Of a stretch of 64,000 nt of DNA, positions 36,002 through 45,424 are shown piece after piece. Source of the stretch: Candidatus Omnitrophota bacterium. Lineage in GTDB: Bacteria; Omnitrophota; Gorgyraeia; Tantalellales; Tantalellaceae. Position 1 is the stretch's first letter; each line of letters begins with the position of its first letter. Below the pieces are notes generated by a model. That model saw only the letters and a list, made by a program, of their open reading frames with translations. It was not told where the DNA came from and made no database searches. The position numbers and the translations under genes were made by a program. Location of the stretch: the NCBI GenBank assembly GCA_015231405.1, contig JADGBR010000004.1:189-64188 (forward strand). The letters are read 5' to 3'.

Positions 36002-37044
36002 AATTCTATCTGCTCATCCTTCATGAAATCCCTTTTAGCGCTCTTCCCTATGACCGTATCCCAGGCCACCGGTGATAATCCCGTACCCGGCCGTTTGACC
36101 GTTATATTGGAATTCGCGAATATCTCATTCTTCTTAATATCTTTCGCGGCCACTATGCTTTTCCTGGCATGGGACTTATTAAGAAGTTCTCCCCGTGTAG
36201 ACCGTTTCACGCCATCTCCTATTGCTTTTTCGATATTCCTGATGGATCGGACGAGGGCCCCCAACTCTTTCTGGTCAAGCGAAGCTTTGTGATCGGGCCC
36301 CTTCATTTTTTTATCGAACGTAAAATGCTTTTCTATTACTTCCGCCCCAAGAGCTACTGCGGCTACTGACGCCTCCAGCCCAAGAGTATGGTCGGAAAAC
36401 CCTACTTTGACCCCGAAAACATCCCGCATAGTGAGCATTGCCTTAAGATCAAGCTCGTTAAAAGGAGCGGGATATTCCGTTCGGCAATGCAGCAGTGTTA
36501 TGTCTTTTCTGGCAGTCCCCGCGAATGTGAGGACATCCATAGCGGCTTTTATCTCGCCCATATCCGCCATCCCGGTCGACATTATGATCTTTTTCCCTAA
36601 TTTCCCGACCGCGCGAAGAAGAGGGAGATCGGTTATCTCGCCGGAAGGTATCTTGATAACCTCTAGACCCTGAGAAATAAGCATGGCCAAACTGTCAGTA
36701 TCAAAAGGCGCGGCCAGGAACATGATCTTTTTACGGTCACAATATTTTTTCAGCGCCGCGAACTCCGATCGGCCGAACTCGTACTTTTTGAGCATATCAA
36801 GCTGCGAAATGGCTTTACCGACCGTTTTTGTCTGATACGGCGCCTTGGATGCGGACGATGTTACTATTCTCGAGGCAATGAACGCCTGGAATTTGACCGC
36901 GTCCGCTCCGCTTTCCGCGGCGATATCTATCATACGTTTCGCGAGAGCTAAATCCCCGTTATGGTTTATCCCGGCTTCGGCTATAATAAAGACCTTTTTC
37001 ACCCCGCACCCTCTCCCGTCATCGTACTTTTTCATTATCAGCAA
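35998..37044 (-). CDS. legI: N-acetylneuraminate-synthase-family enzyme (NeuB/LegI-like nonulosonic acid synthase)
   Basis: IIAEAGINHNGDLALAKRMIDIAAESGADAVKFQ. The C-terminal antifreeze-like domain is present (GDGVKRSTRGEL...ITVKRPGTGL). Confidence 0.85.
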   Translation of the reverse strand: MLIMKKYDDGRGCGVKKVFIIAEAGINHNGDLALAKRMIDIAAESGADAVKFQAFIASRIVTSSASKAPYQTKTVGKAISQLDMLKKYEFGRSEFAALKKYCDRKKIMFLAAPFDTDSLAMLISQGLEVIKIPSGEITDLPLLRAVGKLGKKIIMSTGMADMGEIKAAMDVLTFAGTARKDITLLHCRTEYPAPFNELDLKAMLTMRDVFGVKVGFSDHTLGLEASVAAVALGAEVIEKHFTFDKKMKGPDHKASLDQKELGALVRSIRNIEKAIGDGVKRSTRGELLNKSHARKSIVAAKDIKKNEIFANSNITVKRPGTGLSPVAWDTVIGKSAKRDFMKDEQIEL

Positions 37045-37633
37045 CGTTCTTCGACACGATCGCCCCGGCGTTTATGAAACAATCCGTTCCTATTTTCACG
37101 TTCTGCACGATTATTGCCCCCGCCCCGATATGTGTCCTTGCCCCGACATTCACGCCCCCGCATAGTATCGCCCCCGGTGAAACATGGACAAAATCGGCTA
37201 TTACCGAGTCATGGTCTACCGAGGCCGATGTGTTAATTATCGCGTTACGGCCTACTACCGTTCCCGTGACCACCGTGGCCGAAGCGGCTATGAAAGACCC
37301 TTCACCTATACGAGCGTCCGCTGAAACATTGGCTTTAGGATGCATAATGAAGGGGAATCCGTAGCCTATCGCCCTGGCCAATTCATAAAGTTTTATACGT
37401 ATGCCGGGATCTCCTATCGACCCCTTAGTGATAAACGCGTTCCTGACACCGCTGGCATACACTTCTTTTAAAATATCATCGTTCCCAAGCACGGATATCC
37501 CTTTTATACTGACCCCGGCGGCAATCCCGGGATCAATTATGCCGAATATCTCGAATTCTCCCGACGTGGCAATCGCGTCTATCACCACACCCGCATGTCC
37601 GCCTCCGCCTATCAGAACTATTTTTTTACTCAT
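37019..37633 (-). CDS. legH: PglD/NeuD-family sugar N-acetyltransferase (LegH-like)
   Basis: MSKKIVLIGGGGHAGVVIDAI (N-terminal Rossmann-like) followed by hexapeptide repeats. Confidence 0.75.
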   Translation of the reverse strand: MSKKIVLIGGGGHAGVVIDAIATSGEFEIFGIIDPGIAAGVSIKGISVLGNDDILKEVYASGVRNAFITKGSIGDPGIRIKLYELARAIGYGFPFIMHPKANVSADARIGEGSFIAASATVVTGTVVGRNAIINTSASVDHDSVIADFVHVSPGAILCGGVNVGARTHIGAGAIIVQNVKIGTDCFINAGAIVSKNVADNEKVR

Positions 37634-37637
37634 AAGT

Positions 37638-38726
37638 TCACCCTACGATCTCTTTTAATTTGTGACATACTGCCATTATATCTTTCTCGGTGTTCAAAGT
37701 TGATCCCGGGAGACATATTCCGCTATCGAATATCATGTAAGCGTTACTGTAACAGCTTTTATCCTCTTCTTTGTATGGCGGGAATTCGATGAGCGGCGTG
37801 AACACCCTCCTCGTCGGGATATTTGACCGTTTCAGCTCATCTATTACGCCTGTAACATCTATCCCCTCACCGAATGAAATACAGCTAAGCCAATATGAAC
37901 TTCTCGCGCCTTTATATTGTTCCTGGAAAGAGATCCCGTCTACCCCGGAGAGCTCCGCACGATAGATATCGTTAAACCGCCTTTTAAGGGCAAGGAATTC
38001 CCCGACCCGTTCTAGTTGCGCGAGGCCCAGCGAAGCCGCGATATTACTAAGCCTCAAATTATATCCGACCTCTGAATGGAAATAAAAAGCCCCCTCTTCC
38101 CTAGCCTGGTTAACAAGAAAACGTATATGTCCTATCTTATTGGGATCTTTCCCTGATATCATACCTCCGTTCCCGGTTGTGATGAGTTTATTCCCGTTAA
38201 AACTAAAACACCCAAATTCGCCTAAAGTTCCGGTCAGCTTCCCTTTATATTCGGCGCCAAGGCTTTCCGAAGCGTCTTCGATCACCGGAACACCGTGTTT
38301 TTCGCCAATATCAAGCAACTTGTCCATATCGCAGGGGTTCCCATAAAGATGGACAGGGATGATCGCCTTTGTCCTTGCCGTTATCTTAGAAGCGACAAGC
38401 TCAGGTATCATGTTCCAGGTCTTTTCGTCGATATCGACAAAAACCGGTTTAGCCCCGACATAACTGACGGGATATACCGTCCCCACAAAGGTTATGACAG
38501 GAACGATGACCTCATCGCCTTTCGATACCCCGAGCTCGTGAAGGGCCATATGCAAGGCTGACGTCCCGCTCTGACATGAAACACAGGGACCCGCTGCCAG
38601 AAAAGAAGCGAACCTTTTCTCGAACTCGTTCACAAAAGGGCCTATCGACGAAACATATCCCTCGTCTATGGCCTTACACAGATATTCTTTCTCAACGCCT
38701 TTCAAATTCGGAGCGTCCAGGAACAA
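37638..38726 (-). CDS. legC: DegT/DnrJ/EryC1-family PLP aminotransferase (LegC/PseC-like)
   Basis: N-terminal FLDAPNLKGVEKEYLCKAIDEGYVSSIGPFVNEFEKRFA, with the typical fold-type I aminotransferase length and motifs. Confidence 0.85.
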   Translation of the reverse strand: MFLDAPNLKGVEKEYLCKAIDEGYVSSIGPFVNEFEKRFASFLAAGPCVSCQSGTSALHMALHELGVSKGDEVIVPVITFVGTVYPVSYVGAKPVFVDIDEKTWNMIPELVASKITARTKAIIPVHLYGNPCDMDKLLDIGEKHGVPVIEDASESLGAEYKGKLTGTLGEFGCFSFNGNKLITTGNGGMISGKDPNKIGHIRFLVNQAREEGAFYFHSEVGYNLRLSNIAASLGLAQLERVGEFLALKRRFNDIYRAELSGVDGISFQEQYKGARSSYWLSCISFGEGIDVTGVIDELKRSNIPTRRVFTPLIEFPPYKEEDKSCYSNAYMIFDSGICLPGSTLNTEKDIMAVCHKLKEIVG

Positions 38727-38738
38727 TTTACCCCTCCC

Positions 38739-39713
38739 CTAAAGAACAAAACAACTTTTCTTGAAGTCGACTATCTTTTTAAGCAGATCCCTCGAATCCC
38801 CTAAATTCAAAGTACTTTTAACACCTTTGACGCCTATATGATCGAAAAAGTATTTGAGCTGGTCCAGATACATATTGTTTACCCCAGGATCGACGACCGA
38901 GACATTCTTCCCTTTCCCCGAACACACTGTCACCTTGTTATTAAAGAAATCGCCAATGATATACCCGTCTTCATGATCGACTATAAGCTTCCGCTCTTTA
39001 AAATGGCTCAGATAATTCAGATGCATGATCCCCTTAACCCCGTTCTCGAGGGAGAACACTATATCCGCGTAATCCTCCGTATCGACGGTGATATCCGCCA
39101 TCCGGCCGCAAGAGCCGGACAAACATTTTATCGGTGAAAAGAGATACTCCAGATAATCCAGCTCATGAGAAAGATCAAGGATAACTCCACCACCCATATT
39201 CCTATTAGAAGAATAACTCCTGCGCCAATCGCTCATCGATCTCCATTCAGGGAGATAAGAAGACGAGACCGACCTGACATGCAATACTTTAACCCCGTTC
39301 AATAATCCCTTAAGTTTATCCATTACGGGATGGAACCTCATGCAATAAGCTACATAAGCCGTCAGACCTTTCTTGTCGCATATCTTTTCAAGTTCTTCCA
39401 CTCCTTCCATTGAATTCGACAAAGGTTTTTCAATAAAAAGATGCATCCCGCGCTTGGCGCACTCCAAAGCCGTTCCCATATGCATCCCCGTGGGATTTGT
39501 TATAAAAGCGATATCCGGCCTTATCTTTTCGACACTATTCCAGTCAAATATCTCTTGAATATCAAGATCGTTCTTTTCGCGGTCCGAAGAGCTCCGGAAA
39601 GCGAAAAGCTGATGCCCATAATTATCCGCGATGAGTTTCGCGTGCCTGGCCCCTATGGCCCCCAACCCAAAAAATATGATCTTCATCCGTTCACCATGCG
39701 GTATATCCCCCAT
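38739..39713 (-). CDS. Gfo/Idh/MocA-family NAD(P)-dependent oxidoreductase
   Basis: MKIIFFGLGAIGARHAKLI (GxGxxG Rossmann) plus the C-terminal alpha/beta domain. Confidence 0.75.
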   Translation of the reverse strand: MGDIPHGERMKIIFFGLGAIGARHAKLIADNYGHQLFAFRSSSDREKNDLDIQEIFDWNSVEKIRPDIAFITNPTGMHMGTALECAKRGMHLFIEKPLSNSMEGVEELEKICDKKGLTAYVAYCMRFHPVMDKLKGLLNGVKVLHVRSVSSSYLPEWRSMSDWRRSYSSNRNMGGGVILDLSHELDYLEYLFSPIKCLSGSCGRMADITVDTEDYADIVFSLENGVKGIMHLNYLSHFKERKLIVDHEDGYIIGDFFNNKVTVCSGKGKNVSVVDPGVNNMYLDQLKYFFDHIGVKGVKSTLNLGDSRDLLKKIVDFKKSCFVL

Positions 39714-40497
39714 CTACAACTATCTGGGTGCCTGTGACATACGCTGACAGGTCACTTGCCAGATAAGCTACGGCGCCTTTAAGGTCTTCCTCGACGGCCA
39801 TTCTCCCGAGCGGAGTTCTTTCATTATATCTCTCGTGAAATCTCACGTCCTGCCCGCGCCATACGCCTCCGGAAACTATCGAATTCACCCTTACTTCCGG
39901 TGCCAGCGTAGTAGCGAGATATCGCGCCAATTGCGTAAGTCCGGCCTTGGACACGCCATAAGCCGCCGGGCTTGTCATCCTGGTCCCTTCGTATAATCTA
40001 TTATCAGGAGCGATAGCTCCGTGTATCGATGAGATCAGAATTACCGAACTCTTCTTTGACTTTTTTAAAAACGGCTCCGCTTCCTGAGCGATAATAAAAG
40101 CCGAGCTCAGATTGACCTTCATGGCTTTATCCCACGCCACCAAAGTCTGCTCCTTGAACGGCACACCCCATCCGGGAAGGTCCGTAGTCCCTACCAAAGC
40201 GGCCGAGTGGACTATGATATCTATCCCTCCCAACGTTTCGGCCGTTCTCCTCACCCCAAGCCTTACCGCGCTCTCATCCTCTAGATCTACGGCGAACGGA
40301 CAAGCCCTGGCGCCATATCCGCTGGAATTAAGATCCTCGCATCTGGCGCGGCACACCCCGTCCGCGATGTCCCAAACAACCGTCTTCGCCCCGAGTTCCA
40401 TGAGCGCTTCCAGAACAGCCAGCCCGATATGCCCCGCGCCTCCCGTAACAAGCGCCGTTCTGCCGGAAAGATCCATCAGCTCTTTGATCTTCTTCAT
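39691..40497 (-). CDS. short-chain dehydrogenase/reductase (PtmA-like)
   Basis: TALVTGGAGHIGLAV (TGxxxGxG) and the YxxxK region YGVSKAGL. Confidence 0.8.
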   Translation of the reverse strand: MKKIKELMDLSGRTALVTGGAGHIGLAVLEALMELGAKTVVWDIADGVCRARCEDLNSSGYGARACPFAVDLEDESAVRLGVRRTAETLGGIDIIVHSAALVGTTDLPGWGVPFKEQTLVAWDKAMKVNLSSAFIIAQEAEPFLKKSKKSSVILISSIHGAIAPDNRLYEGTRMTSPAAYGVSKAGLTQLARYLATTLAPEVRVNSIVSGGVWRGQDVRFHERYNERTPLGRMAVEEDLKGAVAYLASDLSAYVTGTQIVVDGGYTAW

Positions 40498-40498
40498 A

Positions 40499-41212
40499 TC
40501 AACCGTTCCTTTTTTTGAAAAGATATTCGGCTATCCCTAGGTCTTCTTCCGTATCGATATCCATAGCCCTCTCTTCGGGAACCTCGACCGTCTTCACCTT
40601 CAGGTCAAACAACGACGTCATTCTGAACATCCGTTCGGTGACGCGCACAGCGTAAGCGACCGTCGTAATATCAAAGACCTCTGGAGACTCCTGCCGCCTC
40701 AACACTTTCCCGGCTGGCGGGATCACGAGCGTCGCGTCCCCGTTATCAACGATCTTAACCATATTGAAGAACGGACTTTTCTTTGATCTTGTTACGGTTA
40801 TCACTATATCCGCGTCACTCGCAAGAAGTCTTTCGACACAATTCTCAATATCCACAGGTTTCCGTAGCGGCGAAGTGGCCGGGATCGAGACCAGAATATC
40901 GACATCCCTACCGGTTATTTCCTTCATCGCCGTGACTGCGTGTTTCCAGGATAGCACTTCCGGAGAATCGTCCGAAGCGAGATATGCCGGCCTCATGAAA
41001 GGCACATCAGCCCCGGCCTTACGGGAGATCTCCGCTATCCTTTCATCATCCGTAGATACGATCACACGGTCCAGAAGATCGACCTTCTTCGCGCACTCTA
41101 TAGCGTGGGCTATTAGCGGTTTACCTGCAAAATCCCGGATATTCTTACCCGGCACGGTCTTGGACCCGCCCCTGGCGAAGATCGCGCCTAATATGTACGG
41201 CTTAGTCGTCAT
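40499..41212 (-). CDS. legF: CMP-nonulosonic acid synthetase (acylneuraminate cytidylyltransferase family, LegF/NeuA-like)
   Basis: ILGAIFARGGSKTVPGKNIRDFAGKPLIAHAIE. Family length ~235 aa. Confidence 0.8.
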   Translation of the reverse strand: MTTKPYILGAIFARGGSKTVPGKNIRDFAGKPLIAHAIECAKKVDLLDRVIVSTDDERIAEISRKAGADVPFMRPAYLASDDSPEVLSWKHAVTAMKEITGRDVDILVSIPATSPLRKPVDIENCVERLLASDADIVITVTRSKKSPFFNMVKIVDNGDATLVIPPAGKVLRRQESPEVFDITTVAYAVRVTERMFRMTSLFDLKVKTVEVPEERAMDIDTEEDLGIAEYLFKKRNG

Positions 41213-41979
41213 AAAGACCCTGTCAATCGGATATATTCCTTTGCCGATTCGTAGACCATAGCGGATATAAAATTAATGAACGGTTTATCATCCTTCTCAT
41301 GGCTTTGCGCTTTTTTAATGGCGTCGATATAGTCATTTCTCAGGATAGGCGGGATAATAGTTACAACATATCCTGTCTGCAAAAGCGCGAGATTCATAAG
41401 AAGCCGCGCCGTCCTCCCATTACCATCGACAAAAGGATGTATCGCTACAAGCTCTTTATGCAGACGCGCCGAAAATTCCACGGGATGATATTTTTTGCGC
41501 ATAGAAGCGATACTGCCGGTGAATTTTTTCATAAGAGCGGGGACTTCCGCGTGACTTGGCGGGATATAACTTGATCCTGTTATGAGTACGTTAACATTAC
41601 GGTATTTTCCGGCTTCCTTCTCATCCACGCGATAATAAAACAGATGATGAAGCCTCAAAACATCGTCTTCCGTTATTTCGCTGTTTTTCGCCAGGTCATA
41701 CAAAAAAGAGAACGCCTCACTATGACCCATCGCCTCGTAATGGTCTTTTAACGGCTTACCACCCACGGTTATCCCGTCCTCAATAACGATCTTTGTCTCA
41801 GTTTCGGTAAGCGAGTTCCCCTCGATAGCGTTCGAGGAATATGTCAGTCCTATACGGTAATACTCTTTAAGCTGTTTTAACGCGTTCAGAGACAATGGCC
41901 TCTCAGCATCGATCTTCGTTTTAAGCCCGTCTATCTCACTGATCCGATTTTCGTATTTGATCATACTATCCCCTTTCAC
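41209..41979 (-). CDS. fic: Fic-family protein (AMPylase), class II with N-terminal inhibitory helix motif
   Basis: Canonical HPFVDGNGRTARLLMNLAL (HPFx[D/E]GNGRxxR). The N-terminal SSNAIEGN matches the (S/T)xxxE(G/N) inhibitory motif. Its stop overlaps the legF start by 4 nt. Confidence 0.85.
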   Translation of the reverse strand: MKGDSMIKYENRISEIDGLKTKIDAERPLSLNALKQLKEYYRIGLTYSSNAIEGNSLTETETKIVIEDGITVGGKPLKDHYEAMGHSEAFSFLYDLAKNSEITEDDVLRLHHLFYYRVDEKEAGKYRNVNVLITGSSYIPPSHAEVPALMKKFTGSIASMRKKYHPVEFSARLHKELVAIHPFVDGNGRTARLLMNLALLQTGYVVTIIPPILRNDYIDAIKKAQSHEKDDKPFINFISAMVYESAKEYIRLTGSL

Positions 41980-41988
41980 TTAGGCCAC

Positions 41989-43356
41989 TTAGTCACCAGA
42001 CAACGCCTCCCAATACCCGCCTTTATCAGGGCCAACCCTCTTAATACGTCCCGAATACTTTAACTTCCTCAGATTCCACTCGACTCCGCGGCGCGTAAGA
42101 CCTGTCTTATCCATGATACGCTTTTGTGTGATACGTGGATCATCCTTAATAAGATCGAATATTATCTCCACAGTTTTCTCCACAGTTTTCTCCACAGCCT
42201 TATTTATTCCTATTCCCGGTCCCGCGTCATCTTCCCATTTTGGACGGTAGAAAACCACGACAAAGCCCGTCTTAAGGCGTTTGAACTCTACCTTGATCCC
42301 GGCAGAGACACATTCATCATGGATACGTTTTATACCGCTCCCCCAACGCTCTATATCCTTGGATTTATACATCGTTTCGGCGATCAAAGGATTGCGTAAG
42401 ATTGAATGTTCATTACCGAAAAAGAAATCCTCCGGATCGATCTCATCCGGAAAAAGACCGGGATTATAGATCTCAATACGGTCCCTGAAGATCGCCACCT
42501 CATTCCCCTTAGGGTTGGAATAATCCCGATGGCACAAAGAATTCCCGATAGCTTCACGGACAGCCTCAACAGGGATCTCAGGAATTTCCTTGCGTGGCCC
42601 TGTTTTTATTTCAGCCCGCCACTTCATATTCCCGTTAACGTAGACCTCGGCTTGCTGACGCAAACTAAAGAGATTCCCTTTGAACGATTTGATATCCAAA
42701 AACGTTACTTTGTCTGTCCCGGCAAAGATCGCGGCCTGAACTTCCAGTGTATTGTCGTCACAAAATAAAGTTTCAGCAGCATGCAACAAACGATTCCCAT
42801 TCAACAAATGCAATTTATGCAATGTCGTTTTTACATCAACGAAATCGAAATCTACACGCTTGGCCGTCTTTGCTTTACGCATAAACTCCTTAACGGCTTC
42901 TTCGTTAACATCGTTAATCGTCTTTTCGGATATCTCCCTCTCCCAAAGCAACTTCTTCTTGCCTAAAAAGAGCTTCTCGATCTCGCGAACGCTCAAAGCC
43001 TTATCCGACTCACCGACACGAATATATGCCCTGCCGTATGCAAAATACGGGTTATCGGTGCCATGGGCCTCGACCACGACGCACTCTTTGCCATCAATAT
43101 TACGATGGTCGACCTTAGGGAAAACCCTTGGCTCTGTATTATCGACGACCGCCTGCGTTACGTCCTTGATCGTATTGCGCCCGACCATCTGCCCCAGGAC
43201 CGTGCCATCGTCCGCGATCCCAAAATATACCTCCGCCCGTCCGCGCTTATTAAGCATCGCAACGACAGATATAACCGCTTCTTTAAGTTCCGAGGTCGAT
43301 TTTTTAAATTCTATTGTTTCCGATTCTTTAAAGATCATTATATTCGTCTCCAGCAA
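41989..43356 (-). CDS. AlbA_2 (Schlafen-like) domain + ATPase-like + C-terminal wHTH transcriptional regulator (COG2865-type)
   Basis: N-terminal ESETIEFKKSTSELKEAVISVVAMLNKRGRAEVYFGIADDGTVLG is the AlbA_2 signature. C-terminal HTH ITQKRIMDKTGLTRRGVEWNLRKLKYSGRIKRVG. Confidence 0.7.
   Translation of the reverse strand: MLETNIMIFKESETIEFKKSTSELKEAVISVVAMLNKRGRAEVYFGIADDGTVLGQMVGRNTIKDVTQAVVDNTEPRVFPKVDHRNIDGKECVVVEAHGTDNPYFAYGRAYIRVGESDKALSVREIEKLFLGKKKLLWEREISEKTINDVNEEAVKEFMRKAKTAKRVDFDFVDVKTTLHKLHLLNGNRLLHAAETLFCDDNTLEVQAAIFAGTDKVTFLDIKSFKGNLFSLRQQAEVYVNGNMKWRAEIKTGPRKEIPEIPVEAVREAIGNSLCHRDYSNPKGNEVAIFRDRIEIYNPGLFPDEIDPEDFFFGNEHSILRNPLIAETMYKSKDIERWGSGIKRIHDECVSAGIKVEFKRLKTGFVVVFYRPKWEDDAGPGIGINKAVEKTVEKTVEIIFDLIKDDPRITQKRIMDKTGLTRRGVEWNLRKLKYSGRIKRVGPDKGGYWEALSGD
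42165..42198. repeat. in-frame 12-nt tandem repeat (TCTCCACAGTTT, ~2.8 copies) inside the regulator CDS
   Basis: tctccacagttt tctccacagttt tctccacagc, which encodes VEKTVEKTVE on the minus strand. Confidence 0.8.
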
Positions 43357-43411
43357 TATTGCTTCGTGCTTTTCCGTTTAATAAATATCTGCTCTCCGGA
43401 AGAGTTAACTT

Positions 43412-44404
43412 TTATATGACATAGTTCCGGGATCCATATATATTCGGGCATTTCTTCTGATCCCTCTTAAACCAATCTACCGTTATCCTCAGCCCTTCGT
43501 CTATTGACGTCCCAGGGCGCCATCCGGTCAATTTATACAATTTATCGTTCGATCCCACGAGTCTTTCGACTTCGCTCCCTTCCGGTCTAACCCTAACAGG
43601 ATCTTTATTAATGGTTATTTTTCTGCCGATAATCCCCGATATTTTTTCTGCGACCTCTTTTACCGAGTATTCCGACCCGGTGGCTATATTAATAGCTTCA
43701 CCGATGACATTATCGGATGACGCTATCCGGACGAACCCCTCCACTACATCGGCGACGAACACAAGGTCACGCGTAGGCGTAATATTCCCCAGGGATATTT
43801 TATCCGCGCCCGAGAGCGCCTGCGTAATTATAGCGGGTATAACGGCTCTCGCCGACTGCCTCGGCCCGTATGTGTTAAAAGGCCGAACGGTGACGACCGG
43901 CAGGTTAAATGACTTGAAAAAAGCCTCAGACATGGCGTCAGCGGCTATTTTCGTGGCGGAATAGGGTGATTGTCCCTGTTTTGGATGACCCTCATCTATA
44001 GGAACTCGCAACGCGGTCCCGTACACCTCGGAAGTCGAAGTTACGAGGACCCTTTTCACCGACAGCTCACGGGCGGCCTGTAAAACATTGAGCGTACCTT
44101 TAATATTCGTATCCACATAGCTGTCCGTGGCATGATACGAATACGGGATACCTATAAGCGCCGCCAGGTGGAATACCGTATCAATGCCCTTAACTATCTG
44201 CCTCACATGTACTGGATCCCTCACGTCACCCAAAAAGATCTCAATATTATCCTTAATTTCGGTATCGAGAGTATCCAGCCACCCGTTGCTGTTGAAAGAA
44301 TTATAGCAACATAACGCTCGGACTTTCATCCCATCAAGGACCAGCCTTTCCGCTAAATGACTGCCTATAAAACCGTCGGCTCCTGTGACCAATACTTTCC
44401 TCAT
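43412..44404 (-). CDS. legB: NAD-dependent sugar-nucleotide 4,6-dehydratase/epimerase (LegB-like)
   Basis: MRKVLVTGADGFIGSHLAERL (GxxGxxG) and SPYSATKIAAD (YxxxK). The extended SDR fold is present. Confidence 0.75.
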   Translation of the reverse strand: MRKVLVTGADGFIGSHLAERLVLDGMKVRALCCYNSFNSNGWLDTLDTEIKDNIEIFLGDVRDPVHVRQIVKGIDTVFHLAALIGIPYSYHATDSYVDTNIKGTLNVLQAARELSVKRVLVTSTSEVYGTALRVPIDEGHPKQGQSPYSATKIAADAMSEAFFKSFNLPVVTVRPFNTYGPRQSARAVIPAIITQALSGADKISLGNITPTRDLVFVADVVEGFVRIASSDNVIGEAINIATGSEYSVKEVAEKISGIIGRKITINKDPVRVRPEGSEVERLVGSNDKLYKLTGWRPGTSIDEGLRITVDWFKRDQKKCPNIYGSRNYVI

Positions 44405-45420
44405 ACCCCTTCCTTCTTTTGTATCCCGGACAACTTGCCGTTAAAATCATCCCTAGACCTATCGTCCATTTCATAGAAGATCACACAATCTTTACAGGTA
44501 TCAATAGATCCGCGCATGAACTCATTCTGAAGCGCCCTTCTCGCCGGAGACCTGATTATCTCCTTTAACCCAGTCTTCTTGATATCCCCGAGAACAATAC
44601 GGCCATTAAAGTCCTGGCAACATATCACCGCTTTCCCTGAAGGGGAGAAAGTTATCGTTTCAAATATATTAGCGCAATAATCGACGTTTTTTCGAAGCTG
44701 GAACGAATACATATTGGCCCTGCACCGTTCATCCTTAAAATCTCTGTAACGTATCCGCCCTTCTTCCCAGTCAAATACTCCCATGGTTTTACCATAATCG
44801 ACCCGGTCGACATATTTTGACCACAAGCCATTAAATTTCTCGATATCGGTCTCCCTATTAACCATTACTGAGATCGAAATATATGGTTTAATTTTCTGCC
44901 CCGACAGGTATTCCTTAAAAGCTCTGATATTACTGAGTACGACGTCATAGCTGCAGTTCTTTCTGTAATACTCATAGCTTTTTCTATCCCACCCCTCAAT
45001 GGAATATTTTATCCAATCCACCTTTGATAAGGCTTCAAAATGCCGATCAAGGAATTGTGCGTTCGTAGAGATGATCACATGGAACTTTTTGTCTTTTAGA
45101 TAACGTATGTATTTATCGATATTCGGATGGAGCAATGATTCTCCGCTCGCGTACAACCTCGTCTCCTTTATTCCCAGATGATCCGCCTGATCGACCAGAT
45201 CGTAAAAAACCTGATCTTCCATATTAACTCCAGGGCCGGAAGACACCAAAGTCCTGGGGCAAAAAGGGCATTCGGCGTTACATATACTTGTTACGTCTAT
45301 CACTATAGTACTAGGAAAAAACAAACCGCCGAAAAGGCGCTTCTTTATACGATCCCTCACTCCGGCATTCCCGATCTTTTTAACTCTTCTAAGCAAAAAA
45401 TTCTTTAAATATTTTCGCAT
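44401..45420 (-). CDS. radical SAM protein with SPASM/twitch-like C-terminal Cys cluster (paralogue 3)
   Basis: CNAECPFCPR. C-terminal CANIFETITFSPSGKAVICCQDFNGRIVLGDI...CKDCVIF. Confidence 0.75.
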   Translation of the reverse strand: MRKYLKNFLLRRVKKIGNAGVRDRIKKRLFGGLFFPSTIVIDVTSICNAECPFCPRTLVSSGPGVNMEDQVFYDLVDQADHLGIKETRLYASGESLLHPNIDKYIRYLKDKKFHVIISTNAQFLDRHFEALSKVDWIKYSIEGWDRKSYEYYRKNCSYDVVLSNIRAFKEYLSGQKIKPYISISVMVNRETDIEKFNGLWSKYVDRVDYGKTMGVFDWEEGRIRYRDFKDERCRANMYSFQLRKNVDYCANIFETITFSPSGKAVICCQDFNGRIVLGDIKKTGLKEIIRSPARRALQNEFMRGSIDTCKDCVIFYEMDDRSRDDFNGKLSGIQKKEGV

Positions 45421-45424
45421 AATT

